From Auanema rhodensis (lineage: Eukaryota; Animalia; Nematoda), in contig OZ059896.1 of assembly GCA_964057225.1 (NCBI GenBank), positions 22,506,001 through 22,570,000 on the forward strand: 64,000 nucleotides of DNA. Reading direction: 5' to 3'. Shown here piece after piece: positions 13,101 to 28,080 of this stretch. Below the pieces are notes generated by a model. It ran no database searches and was not told where the DNA came from. It saw only the letters and a program-made list of their open reading frames with translations. The position numbers and the translations under genes were made by a program. Numbering within the stretch: the stretch's first letter is position 1; each line of letters opens with the position of its first letter.

Positions 13101-16100
13101 AGTTCACACTTATATCCTCAATTTTCACCCTGAAGAATTAATTTTTTCGTAGAATAACATTGTCCATCGTCTTTGCCTTGAAAAAAGGAATCTAAAAACA
13201 TCTACTTTTTGCTAAATTATTTTGAAATTTTTCGAAAAAATTTATGTCAAAATGTTTTTGGAAACAATGTTGAGTATACATGGAAACTCAACATACACTA
13301 ATGCATCATTTTTCAAACGATCATAACTAATTTTTTCATTAAGCGTTTCTCAATGTAGTATAGTGCATTCGATGCGGATTTTTAAGCTGCGTCGATCTGT
13401 GTTATCAGATTTGCGCTAGCTTAAAAATGCACCGAGATATCAACTGATATAAGTTCACACTTATATCCTCGATTTTCACCCTGAAGAATTGATTTTTTCG
13501 TTGAATAACATTGTCCATCGTCTTTGCCTTGAGAAAAGGAATCTAAAAACATCTACTTTTTGCTAAATTATTTTGAAATTTTTCGAAAAAATTTTTGTCA
13601 AAATGTTTTTGGAAGCAATGTTGAGTGTACATGGAAACTCAACATACACTAATGCATCATTTTTCAAACGATCATAACTAATTTTTTCATTAAGCGTTTC
13701 TAAATGTAGTATAGTGCATTCGATGCGGATTTTCAAGCTGCGTCGATCTGTGTTATCAGATTTGCGCTAGCTTGAAAATGCACCGAGATATCAACTGATA
13801 TAAGTTCACACTTATATCCTCGATTTTCACCCTGAAGAATTAATTTTTTCGTTGAATAACATTGTCCATCGTCTTTGCCTTGAGAAAAGGAATCTAAAAA
13901 CATCTACTTTTTGCTAAATTATTTTGAAATTTTTCGAAAAAATTTTTGTCAAAATGTTTTTGGAAGCAATGTTGAGTGTACATGGAAACTCAACATACAC
14001 TAATGCATCATTTTTCAAACGATCATAACTAATTTTTTCATTAAGCGTTTCTCAATGTAGTATAGTGCATTCGATGCGGATTTTCAAGCTGCGTCGATCT
14101 GTGTTATCAGATTTGCGCTAGCTTGAAAATGCACCGAGATATCAACTGATATAAGTTCACACTTATATCCTCGATTTTCACCCTGAAGAATTAATTTTTT
14201 CGTTGAATAACATTGTCCATCGTCTTTGCCTTGAAAAAAGGAATCTAAAAACATCTACTTTTTGCTGAATTATTTTGAAATTTTTCGAAAAAATTTTTGT
14301 CAAAATGTTTTTGGAAGCAATGTTGAGTGTACATGGAAACTCAACATACACTAATGCATCATTTTTCAAACGATCATAACTAATTTTTTCATTAAGCGTT
14401 TCTCAATGTAGTATAGTGCATTCGATGCGGATTTTTAAGCTGCGTCGATCTGTGTTATCAGATTTGCGCTAGCTTAAAAATGCACCGAGATATCAACTGA
14501 TATAAGTTCACACTTATATCCTCAATTTTCACCCTGAAGAATTAATTTTTTCGTAGAATAACATTGTCCATCGTCTTTGCCTTGAAAAAAGGAATCTAAA
14601 AACATCTACTTTTTGCTAAATTATTTTGAAATTTTTCGAAAAAATTTATGTCAAAATGTTTTTGGAAACAATGTTGAGTATACATGGAAACTCAACATAC
14701 ACTAATGCATCATTTTTCAAACGATCATAACTAATTTCTGTATTAAGCGTTTCTCAATGTAGTATAGTGCATTCGATGCGGATTTTTAAGCTGCGTCGAT
14801 CTGTGTTATCAGATTTGCGCTAGCTTAAAAATGCACCGAGATATCAACTGATATAAGTTCACACTTATATCCTCGATTTTCACCCTGAAGAATTAATTTT
14901 TTCGTTGAATAACATTGTCCATCGTCTTTGCCTTGAAAAATGGAATCTACAAACATCTACTTTTTGCTAAATTATTTTGAAATTTTTCGAAAAAATTTTT
15001 GTCAAAATGTTTTTGGAAGCAATGTTGAGTGTACATGGAAACTCAACATACACTAATGCATCATTTTTCAAACGATCATAACTAATTTTTGTATTAAGCG
15101 TTTCTCAATGTAGTATAGTGCATTCGATGCGGATTTTTAAGCTGCGTCGATCTGTGTTATCAGATTTGCGCTAGCTTGAAAATGCACCGAGATATCAACT
15201 GATATAAGTTCACACTTATATCCTCGATTTTCACCCTGAAGAATTAATTTTTTCGTTGAATAACATTGTCCATCGTCTTTGCCTTGAGAAAAGGAATCTA
15301 AAAACATCTACTTTTTGCTAAATTATTTTGAAATTTTTCGAAAAAATTTTTGTCAAAATGTTTTTGGAAGCAATGTTGAGTGTACATGGAAACTCAACAT
15401 ACACTAATGCATCATTTTTCAAACGATCATAACTAATTTTTTCATTAAGCGTTTCTCAATGTAGTATAGTGCATTCGATGCGGATTTTCAAGCTGCGTCG
15501 ATCTGTGTTATCAGATTTGCGCTAGCTTGAAAATGCACCGAGATATCAACTGATATAAGTTCACACTTATATCCTCGATTTTCACCCTGAAGAATTGATT
15601 TTTTCGTTGAATAACATTGTCCATCGTCTTTGCCTTGAGAAAAGGAATCTAAAAACATCTACTTTTTGCTAAATTATTTTGAAATTTTTCGAAAAAATTT
15701 TTGTCAAAATGTTTTTGGAAGCAATGTTGAGTGTACATGGAAACTCAACATACACTAATGCATCATTTTTCAAACGATCATAACTAATTTTTTCATTAAG
15801 CGTTTCTCAATGTAGTATAGTGCATTCGATGCGGATTTTCAAGCTGCGTCGATCTGTGTTATCAGATTTGCGCTAGCTTGAAAATGCACCGAGATATCAA
15901 CTGATATAAGTTCACACTTATATCCTCGATTTTCACCCTGAAGAATTAATTTTTTCGTTGAATAACATTGTCCATCGTCTTTGCCTTGAGAAAAGGAATC
16001 TAAAAACATCTACTTTTTGCTAAATTATTTTGAAATTTTTCGAAAAAATTTTTGTCAAAATGTTTTTGGAAGCAATGTTGAGTGTACATGGAAACTCAAC

Positions 16101-16848
16101 ATACACTAATGCATCATTTTTCAAACGATCATAACTAATTTTTTCATTAAGCGTTTCTCAATGTAGTATAGTGCATTCGATGCGGATTTTCAAGCTGCGT
16201 CGATCTGTGTTATCAGATTTGCGCTAGCTTGAAAATGCACCGAGATATCAACTGATATAAGTTCACACTTATATCCTCGATTTTCACCCTGAAGAATTAA
16301 TTTTTTCGTTGAATAACATTGTCCATCGTCTTTGCCTTGAAAAAAGGAATCTAAAAACATCTACTTTTTGCTAAATTATTCTGAAATTTTTCGAAAAAAT
16401 TTTTGTCAAAATGTTTTTGGAAGCAATGTTGAGTGTACATGGAAACTCAACATACACTAATGCATCATTTTTCAAACGATCATAACTAATTTTTGTATTA
16501 AGCGTTTCTCAATGTAGTATAGTGCATTCGATGCGGATTTTTAAGCTGCGTCGATCTGTGTTATCAGATTTGCGCTAGCTTAAAAATGCACCGAGATATC
16601 AACTGATATAAGTTCACACTTATATCCTCGATTTTCACCCTGAAGAATTAATTTTTTCGTTGAATAACATTGTCCATCGTCTTTGCCTTGAGAAAAGGAA
16701 TCTAAAAACATCTACTTTTTGCTAAATTATTTTGAAATTTTTCGAAAAAATTTTTGTCAAAATGTTTTTGGAAGCAATGTTGAGTGTACATGGAAACTCA
16801 ACATACACTAATGCATCATTTTTCAAACGATCATAACTAATTTTTTCA
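10180..16848. repeat. Variant domain 2 with 6-mer plus 4-mer (10-monomer) higher-order structure
   Basis: The GCTGAAT monomer recurs at 10531, 12637 and 14041 (spacings 2106 and 1404, matching the ORF track). Block 10531-12285 is repeated at 14041-15795. Confidence 0.8.
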
Positions 16849-19800
16849 TTAAGCGTTTCTCAATGTAGTATAGTGCATTCGATGCGGATTTTTAAGCTGC
16901 GTCGATCTGTGTTATCAGATTTGCGCTAGCTTAAAAATGCACCGAGATATCAACTGATATAAGTTCACACTTATATCCTCAATTTTCACCCTGAAGAATT
17001 AATTTTTTCGTAGAATAACATTGTCCATCGTCTTTGCCTTGAAAAAAGGAATCTAAAAACATCTACTTTTTGCTAAATTATTTTGAAATTTTTCGAAAAA
17101 ATTTATGTCAAAATGTTTTTGGAAACAATGTTGAGTGTACATGGAAACTCAACATACACTAATGCATCATTTTTCAAACGATCATAACTAATTTCTGTAT
17201 TAAGCGTTTCTCAATGTAGTATAGTGCATTCGATGCGGATTTTTAAGCTGCGTCGATCTGTGTTATCAGATTTGCGCTAGCTTAAAAATGCACCGAGATA
17301 TCAACTGATATAAGTTCACACTTATATCCTCGATTTTCACCCTGAAGAATTAATTTTTTCGTTGAATAACATTGTCCATCGTCTTTGCCTTGAAAAAAGG
17401 AATCTAAAAACATCTACTTTTTGCTAAATTATTCTGAAATTTTTCGAAAAAATTTTTGTCAAAATGTTTTTGGAAGCAATGTTGAGTGTACATGGAAACT
17501 CAACATACACTAATGCATCATTTTTCAAACGATCATAACTAATTTTTGTATTAAGCGTTTCTCAATGTAGTATAGTGCATTCGATGCGGATTTTTAAGCT
17601 GCGTCGATCTGTGTTATCAGATTTGTGCTAGCTTAAAAATGCACCGAGATATCAACTGATATAAGTTCACACTTATATCCTCGATTTTCACCCTGAAGAA
17701 TTAATTTTTTCGTTGAATAACATTGTCCATCGTCTTTGCCTTGAAAAAAGGAATCTAAAAACATCTACTTTTTGCTAAATTATTCTGAAATTTTTCAAAA
17801 AAATTTTTGTCAAAATGTTTTTGGAAGCAATGTTGAGTGTACATGGAAACTCAACATACACTAATGCATCATTTTTCAAACGATCATAACTAATTTTTGT
17901 ATTAAGCGTTTCTCAATGTAGTATAGTGCATTCGATGCGGATTTTTAAGCTGCGTCGATCTGTGTTATCAGATTTGCGCTAGCTTGAAAATGCACCGAGA
18001 TATCAACTGATATAAGTTCACACTTATATCCTCGATTTTCACCCTGAAGAATTAATTTTTTCGTTGAATAACATTGTCCATCGTCTTCGCCTTGAAAAAA
18101 GGAATCTAAAAACATCTACATTTTGCTAAATTATTCTGAAAATTTTCGAAAAAATTTTTGTCAAAATGTTTTTGGAAGCAATGTTGAGTGTACATGGAAA
18201 CTCAACATACACTAATGCATCATTTTTCAAACGATCATAACTAATTTTTGTATTAAGCGTTTTTCAATGTAGTATAGTGCATTCGATGCGGATTTTTAAG
18301 CTGCGTCGATCTATGTTATCAGATTTGCGCTAGCTTGAAAATGCACCGAGATATCAACTGATATAAGTTCACACTTATATCCTCGATTTTCACCCTGAAG
18401 AATTAATTTTTTCGTTGAATAACATTGTCCATCGTCTTTGCCTTGAAAAAAGAAATCTAAAAACATCTACTTTTTGCTAAATTATTTTGAAATTTTTCGA
18501 AAAAATTTTTGTCAAAATGTTTTTGGAAGCAATGTTGAGTGTACATGGAAACTCAACATACACTAATGCATCATGTTTCAAACGATCATAACTAATTTTT
18601 GTATTAAGCGTTTCTCAATGTAGTATAGTGCATTCGATGCGGATTTTTAAGCTGCGTCGATCTGTGTTATCAGATTTGCGCTAGCTTAAAAATGCACCGA
18701 GATATCAACTGATATAAGTTCACACTTATATCCTCGATTTTCACCCTGAAGAATTTATTTTTTCGTTGAATAACATTGTCCATCGTTTTTGCCTTGAAAA
18801 AAGAAATCTAAAAACATCTACTTTTTGCTAAATTATTTTGAAATTTTTCGAAAAAATTTTTGTCAAAATGTTTTTGGAAGCAATGTTGATTGTACATGGA
18901 AACTCAACATACACTAATGCATCATTTTTCAAACGATCATAACTAATTTTTGTATTAAGCGTTTCTCAATGTAGTATAGTGCATTCGATGCGGATTTTTA
19001 AGCTGCGTCGATCTGTGTTATCAGATTTGCGCTAGCTTGAAAATGCACCGAGATATCAACTGATATAAGTTCACACTTATATCCTCGATTTTCACCCTGA
19101 AGAATTTATTTTTTCGTTGAATAACATTGTCCATCGTTTTTGCCTTCAAAAAAGAAATCTAAAAACATCTACTTTTTGCTAAATTATTTTGAAATTTTTC
19201 GAAAAAATTTTTGTCAAAATGTTTTTGGAAGCAATGTTGATTGTACATGGAAACTCAACATACACTAATGCATCATTTTTCAAACGATCATAACTAATTT
19301 TTGTATCAAGCGTTTCTCAATGTAGTATAGTGCATTCGATGTGGATTTTTAAGCTGCGTCGATCTGTGTTATCAGATTTGCGCTAGCTTAAAAATGCACC
19401 GAGATATCAACTGATATAAGTTCACACTTATATCCTCGATTTTCACCCTGAAGAATTAATTTTTTCGTTGAATAACATTGTCCATCGTCTTTGCCTTGAG
19501 AAAAGGAATCTAAAAACATCTACTTTTTGCTAAATTATTTTGAAATTTTTCGAAAAAATTTTTGTCAAAATGTTTTTGGAAGCAATGTTGAGTGTACATG
19601 GAAACTCAACATACACTAATGCATCATTTTTCAAACAATCATAACTAATTTTTGTATTAAGCGTTTCTCAATGTAGTATAGTGCATTCGATGCGGATTTT
19701 TAAGCTGCGTCGATCTGTGTTATCAGATTTGCGCTAGCTTGAAAATGCACCGAGATATCAACTGATATAAGTTCACACTTATATCCTCGATTTTCACCCT

Positions 19801-22800
19801 GAAGAATTAATTTTTTCGTTGAATAACATTGTCCATCGTCTTTGCCTTGAAAAAAGGAATCTAAAAACATCTACTTTTTGCTAAATTATTTTGAAATTTT
19901 TCGAAAAAATTTTTGTCAAAATGTTTTTGGAAGCAATGTTGAGTGTACATGGAAACTCAACATACACTAATGCATCATTTTTCAAACGATCATAACTAAT
20001 TTTTTCATTAAGCGTTTCTCAATGTAGTATAGTGCATTCGATGCGGATTTTTAAGCTGCGTCGATCTGTGTTATCAGATTTGCGCTAGCTTAAAAATGCA
20101 CCGAGATATCAACTGATATCTGTTCACACTTATATCCTCGATTTTCACCCTGAAGAATTAATTTTTTCGTTGAATAACATTGTTAATCGTCTTTGCCTTG
20201 AAAAAAGGAATCTAAAAACATCTACTTTTTGCTAAATTATTTTGAAATTTTTCGAAAAAATTTTTGTCAAAATGTTTTTGGAAGCAATGTTGAGTGTACA
20301 TGGAAACTCAACATACACTAATGCATCATGTTTCAAACGATCATAACTAATTTTTGTATTAAGCGTTTCTCAATGTAGTATAGTGCATTCGATGCGTATT
20401 TTTAAGCTGCGTCGATCTGTGTTATCAGATTTGCGCTAGCTTAAAAATGCACCGAGATATCAACTGATATAAGTTCACACTTATATCCTCGATTTTCACC
20501 CTGAAGAATTAATTTTTTCGTTGAATAACATTGTTAATCGTCTTTGCCTTGAAAAAAGGAATCTAAAAACATCTACTTTTTGCTAAATTATCCTGAAATT
20601 TTTCGAAAAAATTTTTGTCAAAATGTTTTTGGAAGCAATGTTGAGTGTACATGGAAACTCAACATACACTAATGCATCATTTTTCAAACAATCATAACTA
20701 ATTTTTGTATTAAGCGTTTCTCAATGTAGTATAGTGCATTCGATGCGGATTTTTAAGCTGCGTCGATCTGTGTTATCAGATTTGCGCTAGCTTAAAAATG
20801 CACCGAGATATCAACTGATATCTGTTCACACTTATATCCTCGATTTTCACCCTGAAGAATTAATTTTTTCGTTGAATAACATTGTCCATCGTCTTTGCCT
20901 TAAAAAAAGGAATCTAAAAACATCTACTTTTTGCTAAATTATTTTGAAATTTTTCGAAAAAATTTTTGTCAAAATGTTTTTGGAAGCAATGTTGAGTGTA
21001 CATGGAAACTCAACATACACTAATGCATCATTTTTCAAACGATCATAACTAATTTTTTCATTAAGCGTTTCTCAATGTAGTATAGTGCATTCGATGCGGA
21101 TTTTCAAGCTGCGTCGATCTGTGTTATCAGATTTGCGCTAGCTTGAAAATGCACCGAGATATCAACTGATATAAGTTCACACTTATATCCTCGATTTTCA
21201 CCCTGAAGAATTAATTTTTTCGTTGAATAACATTGTCCATCGTCTTTGCCTTGAAAAAAGGAATCTAAAAACATCTACTTTTTGCTAAATTATTTTGAAA
21301 TTTTTCGAAAAAATTTTTGTCAAAATGTTTTTGGAAGCAATGTTGAGTGTACATGGAAACTCAACATACACTAATGCATCATTTTTCAAACGATCATAAC
21401 TAATTTTTTTATTAAGCGTTTCTCAATGTAGTATAGTGCATTCGATGCGGATTTTCAAGCTGCGTCGATCTGTGTTATCAGATTTGCGCTAGCTTGAAAA
21501 TGCACCGAGATATCAACTGATATAAGTTCACACTTATATCCTCGATTTTCACCCTGAAGAATTAATTTTTTCGTTGAATAACATTGTCCATCGTCTTTGC
21601 CTTGAAAAAAGGAATCTAAAAACATCTACTTTTTGCTAAATTATTTTGAAATTTTTCGAAAAAATTTTTGTCAAAATGTTTTTGGAAGCAATGTTGAGTG
21701 TACATGGAAACTCAACATACACTAATGCATCATTTTTCAAACGATCATAACTAATTTTTTCATTAAGCGTTTTTCAATGTAGTATAGTGCATTCGATGCG
21801 GATTTTTAAGCTGCGTCGATCTGTGTTATCAGATTTGCGCTAGCTTAAAAATGCACCGAGATATCAACTGATATAAGTTCACACTTATATCCTCAATTTT
21901 CACCCTGAAGAATTAATTTTTTCGTAGAATAACATTGTCCATCGTCTTTGCCTTGAAAAAAGGAATCTAAAAACATCTACTTTTTGCTAAATTATTTTGA
22001 AATTTTTCGAAAAAATTTTTGTCAAAATGTTTTTGGAAGCAATGTTGAGTGTACATGGAAACTCAACATACACTAATGCATCATGTTTCAAACGATCATA
22101 ACTAATTTTTGTATTTAGCGTTTCTCAATGTAGTATAGTGCATTCGATGCGGATTTTTAAGCTGCGTCGATCTGTGTTATCAGATTTGCGCTAGCTTGAA
22201 AATGCACCGAGATATCAACTGATATAAGTTCACACTTATATCCTCGATTTTCACCCTGAAGAATTAATTTTTTCGTTGAATAACATTGTCCATCGTCTTT
22301 GCCTTGAAAAAAGGAATCTAAAAACATCTACTTTTTGCTAAATTATTTTGAAATTTTTCGAAAAAATTTTTGTCAAAATGTTTTTGGAAGCAATGTTGAG
22401 TGTACATGGAAACTCAACATACACTAATGCATCATTTTTCAAACGATCATAACTAATTTTTTCATTAAGCGTTTCTCAATGTAGTATAGTGCATTCGATG
22501 CGGATTTTTAAGCTGCGTCGATCTGTGTTATCAGATTTGCGCTAGCTTAAAAATGCACCGAGATATCAACTGATATAAGTTCACACTTATATCCTCAATT
22601 TTCACCCTGAAGAATTAATTTTTTCGTAGAATAACATTGTCCATCGTCTTTGCCTTGAAAAAAGGAATCTAAAAACATCTACTTTTTGCTAAATTATTTT
22701 GAAATTTTTCGAAAAAATTTTTGTCAAAATGTTTTTGGAAGCAATGTTGAGTGTACATGGAAACTCAACATACACTAATGCATCATTTTTCAAACGATCA

Positions 22801-25800
22801 TAACTAATTTTTTCATTAAGCGTTTCTCAATGTAGTATAGTGCATTCGATGCGGATTTTTAAGCTGCGTCGATCTGTGTTATCAGATTTGCGCTAGCTTA
22901 AAAATGCACCGAGATATCAACTGATATAAGTTCACACTTATATCCTCAATTTTCACCCTGAAGAATTAATTTTTTCGTAGAATAACATTGTCCATCGTCT
23001 TTGCCTTGAAAAAAGGAATCTAAAAACATCTACTTTTTGCTAAATTATTTTGAAATTTTTCGAAAAAATTTATGTCAAAATGTTTTTGGAAACAATGTTG
23101 AGTGTACATGGAAACTCAACATACACTAATGCATCATTTTTCAAACGATCATAACTAATTTCTGTATTAAGCGTTTCTCAATGTAGTATAGTGCATTCGA
23201 TGCGGATTTTTAAGCTGCGTCGATCTGTGTTATCAGATTTGCGCTAGCTTAAAAATGCACCGAGATATCAACTGATATAAGTTCACACTTATATCCTCGA
23301 TTTTCACCCTGAAGAATTAATTTTTTCGTTGAATAACATTGTCCATCGTCTTTGCCTTGAAAAAAGGAATCTAAAAACATCTACTTTTTGCTAAATTATT
23401 CTGAAATTTTTCGAAAAAATTTTTGTCAAAATGTTTTTGGAAGCAATGTTGAGTGTACATGGAAACTCAACATACACTAATGCATCATTTTTCAAACGAT
23501 CATAACTAATTTTTGTATTAAGCGTTTCTCAATGTAGTATAGTGCATTCGATGCGGATTTTTAAGCTGCGTCGATCTGTGTTATCAGATTTGTGCTAGCT
23601 TAAAAATGCACCGAGATATCAACTGATATAAGTTCACACTTATATCCTCGATTTTCACCCTGAAGAATTAATTTTTTCGTTGAATAACATTGTCCATCGT
23701 CTTTGCCTTGAAAAAAGGAATCTAAAAACATCTACTTTTTGCTAAATTATTCTGAAATTTTTCGAAAAAATTTTTGTCAAAATGTTTTTGGAAGCAATGT
23801 TGAGTGTACATGGAAACTCAACATACACTAATGCATCATTTTTCAAACGATCATAACTAATTTTTGTATTAAGCGTTTCTCAATGTAGTATAGTGCATTC
23901 GATGCGGATTTTTAAGCTGCGTCGATCTGTGTTATCAGATTTGCGCTAGCTTGAAAATGCACCGAGATATCAACTGATATAAGTTCACACTTATATCCTC
24001 GATTTTCACCCTGAAGAATTAATTTTTTCGTTGAATAACATTGTCCATCGTCTTCGCCTTGAAAAAAGGAATCTAAAAACATCTACTTTTTGCTAAATTA
24101 TTCTGAAAATTTTCGAAAAAATTTTTGTCAAAATGTTTTTGGAAGCAATGTTGAGTGTACATGGAAACTCAACATACACTAATGCATCATTTTTCAAACG
24201 ATCATAACTAATTTTTGTATTAAGCGTTTTTCAATGTAGTATAGTGCATTCGATGCGGATTTTTAAGCTGCGTCGATCTATGTTATCAGATTTGCGCTAG
24301 CTTGAAAATGCACCGAGATATCAACTGATATAAGTTCACACTTATATCCTCGATTTTCACCCTGAAGAATTAATTTTTTCGTTGAATAACATTGTCCATC
24401 GTCTTTGCCTTGAAAAAAGAAATCTAAAAACATCTACTTTTTGCTAAATTATTTTGAAATTTTTCGAAAAAATTTTTGTCAAAATGTTTTTGGAAGCAAT
24501 GTTGAGTGTACATGGAAACTCAACATACACTAATGCATCATGTTTCAAACGATCATAACTAATTTTTGTATTAAGCGTTTCTCAATGTAGTATAGTGCAT
24601 TCGATGCGGATTTTTAAGCTGCGTCGATCTGTGTTATCAGATTTGCGCTAGCTTAAAAATGCACCGAGATATCAACTGATATAAGTTCACACTTATATCC
24701 TCGATTTTCACCCTGAAGAATTTATTTTTTCGTTGAATAACATTGTCCATCGTTTTTGCCTTGAAAAAAGAAATCTAAAAACATCTACTTTTTGCTAAAT
24801 TATTTTGAAATTTTTCGAAAAAATTTTTGTCAAAATGTTTTTGGAAGCAATGTTGATTGTACATGGAAACTCAACATACACTAATGCATCATTTTCCAAA
24901 CGATCATAACTAATTTTTGTATTAAGCGTTTCTCAATGTAGTATAGTGCATTCGATGCGGATTTTTAAGCTGCGTCGATCTGTGTTATCAGATTTGCGCT
25001 AGCTTGAAAATGCACCGAGATATCAACTGATATAAGTTCACACTTATATCCTCGATTTTCACCCTGAAGAATTTATTTTTTCGTTGAATAACATTGTCCA
25101 TCGTTTTTGCCTTGAAAAAAGAAATCTAAAAACATCTACTTTTTGCTAAATTATTTTGAAATTTTTCGAAAAAATTTTTGTCAAAATGTTTTTGGAAGCA
25201 ATGTTGATTGTACATGGAAACTCAACATACACTAATGCATCATTTTTCAAACGATCATAACTAATTTTTGTATTAAGCGTTTCTCAATGTAGTATAGTGC
25301 ATTCGATGCGGATTTTTAAGCTGCGTCGATCTGTGTTATCAGATTTGCGCTAGCTTGAAAATGCACCGAGATATCAACTGATATAAGTTCACACTTATAT
25401 CCTCGATTTTCACCCTGAAGAATTAATTTTTTCGTTGAATAACATTGTCCATCGTCTTTGCCTTGAAAAAAGAAATCTAAAAACATCTACTTTTTGCTAA
25501 ATTATTTTGAAATTTTTCGAAAAAATTTTTGTCAAAATGTTTTTGGAAGCAATGTTGAGTGTACATGGAAACTCAACATACACTAATGCATCATGTTTCA
25601 AACGATCATAACTAATTTTTGTATTAAGCGTTTCTCAATGTAGTATAGTGCATTCGATGCGGATTTTTAAGCTGCGTCGATCTGTGTTATCAGATTTGCG
25701 CTAGCTTAAAAATGCACCGAGATATCAACTGATATAAGTTCACACTTATATCCTCGATTTTCACCCTGAAGAATTTATTTTTTCGTTGAATAACATTGTC

Positions 25801-28080
25801 CATCGTTTTTGCCTTGAAAAAAGAAATCTAAAAACATCTACTTTTTGCTAAATTATTTTGAAATTTTTCGAAAAAATTTTTGTCAAAATGTTTTTGGAAG
25901 CAATGTTGATTGTACATGGAAACTCAACATACACTAATGCATCATTTTCCAAACGATCATAACTAATTTTTGTATTAAGCGTTTCTCAATGTAGTATAGT
26001 GCATTCGATGCGGATTTTTAAGCTGCGTCGATCTGTGTTATCAGATTTGCGCTAGCTTGAAAATGCACCGAGATATCAACTGATATAAGTTCACACTTAT
26101 ATCCTCGATTTTCACCCTGAAGAATTTATTTTTTCGTTGAATAACATTGTCCATCGTTTTTGCCTTGAAAAAAGAAATCTAAAAACATCTACTTTTTGCT
26201 AAATTATTTTGAAATTTTTCGAAAAAATTTTTGTCAAAATGTTTTTGGAAGCAATGTTGATTGTACATGGAAACTCAACATACACTAATGCATCATTTTT
26301 CAAACGATCATAACTAATTTTTGTATTAAGCGTTTCTCAATGTAGTATAGTGCATTCGATGCGGATTTTTAAGCTGCGTCGATCTGTGTTATCAGATTTG
26401 CGCTAGCTTGAAAATGCACCGAGATATCAACTGATATAAGTTCACACTTATATCCTCGATTTTCACCCTGAAGAATTTATTTTTTCGTTGAATAACATTG
26501 TCCATCGTTTTTGCCTTGAAAAAAGAAATCTAAAAACATCTACTTTTTGCTAAATTATTTTGAAATTTTTCGAAAAAATTTTTGTCAAAATGTTTTTGGA
26601 AGCAATGTTGATTGTACATGGAAACTCAACATACACTAATGCATCATTTTTCAAACGATCATAACTAATTTTTGTATTAAGCGTTTCTCAATGTAGTATA
26701 GTGCATTCGATGCGGATTTTTAAGCTGCGTCGATCTGTGTTATCAGATTTGCGCTAGCTTGAAAATGCACCGAGATATCAACTGATATAAGTTCACACTT
26801 ATATCCTCGATTTTCACCCTGAAGAATTAATTTTTTCGTTGAATAACATTGTCCATCGTCTTCGCCTTGAAAAAAGGAATCTAAAAACATCTACTTTTTG
26901 CTAAATTATTCTGAAAATTTTCGAAAAAATTTTTGTCAAAATGTTTTTGGAAGCAATGTTGAGTGTACATGGAAACTCAACATACACTAATGCATCATTT
27001 TTCAAACGATCATAACTAATTTTTGTATTAAGCGTTTTTCAATGTAGTATAGTGCATTCGATGCGGATTTTTAAGCTGCGTCGATCTATGTTATCAGATT
27101 TGCGCTAGCTTGAAAATGCACCGAGATATCAACTGATATAAGTTCACACTTATATCCTCGATTTTCACCCTGAAGAATTAATTTTTTCGTTGAATAACAT
27201 TGTCCATCGTCTTTGCCTTGAAAAAAGAAATCTAAAAACATCTACTTTTTGCTAAATTATTTTGAAATTTTTCGAAAAAATTTTTGTCAAAATGTTTTTG
27301 GAAGCAATGTTGAGTGTACATGGAAACTCAACATACACTAATGCATCATGTTTCAAACGATCATAACTAATTTTTGTATTAAGCGTTTCTCAATGTAGTA
27401 TAGTGCATTCGATGCGGATTTTTAAGCTGCGTCGATCTGTGTTATCAGATTTGCGCTAGCTTAAAAATGCACCGAGATATCAACTGATATAAGTTCACAC
27501 TTATATCCTCGATTTTCACCCTGAAGAATTTATTTTTTCGTTGAATAACATTGTCCATCGTTTTTGCCTTGAAAAAAGAAATCTAAAAACATCTACTTTT
27601 TGCTAAATTATTTTGAAATTTTTCGAAAAAATTTTTGTCAAAATGTTTTTGGAAGCAATGTTGATTGTACATGGAAACTCAACATACACTAATGCATCAT
27701 TTTCCAAACGATCATAACTAATTTTTGTATTAAGCGTTTCTCAATGTAGTATAGTGCATTCGATGCGGATTTTTAAGCTGCGTCGATCTGTGTTATCAGA
27801 TTTGCGCTAGCTTGAAAATGCACCGAGATATCAACTGATATAAGTTCACACTTATATCCTCGATTTTCACCCTGAAGAATTTATTTTTTCGTTGAATAAC
27901 ATTGTCCATCGTTTTTGCCTTGAAAAAAGAAATCTAAAAACATCTACTTTTTGCTAAATTATTTTGAAATTTTTCGAAAAAATTTTTGTCAAAATGTTTT
28001 TGGAAGCAATGTTGATTGTACATGGAAACTCAACATACACTAATGCATCATTTTTCAAACGATCATAACTAATTTTTGTA
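16849..28080. repeat. Variant domain 3: 7-monomer block duplicated at a 17-monomer offset, then a 4-mer re-duplicated at an 8-monomer offset
   Basis: The ordered markers TTTATGTC, ATTCTG, TTTGTGCTA, CTTCGCC, GATCTATG and GAATTTATT x2 occur at 16849-19305 and again at 22816-25272. Block 23869-25272 is repeated at 26677-28080. Confidence 0.8.
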
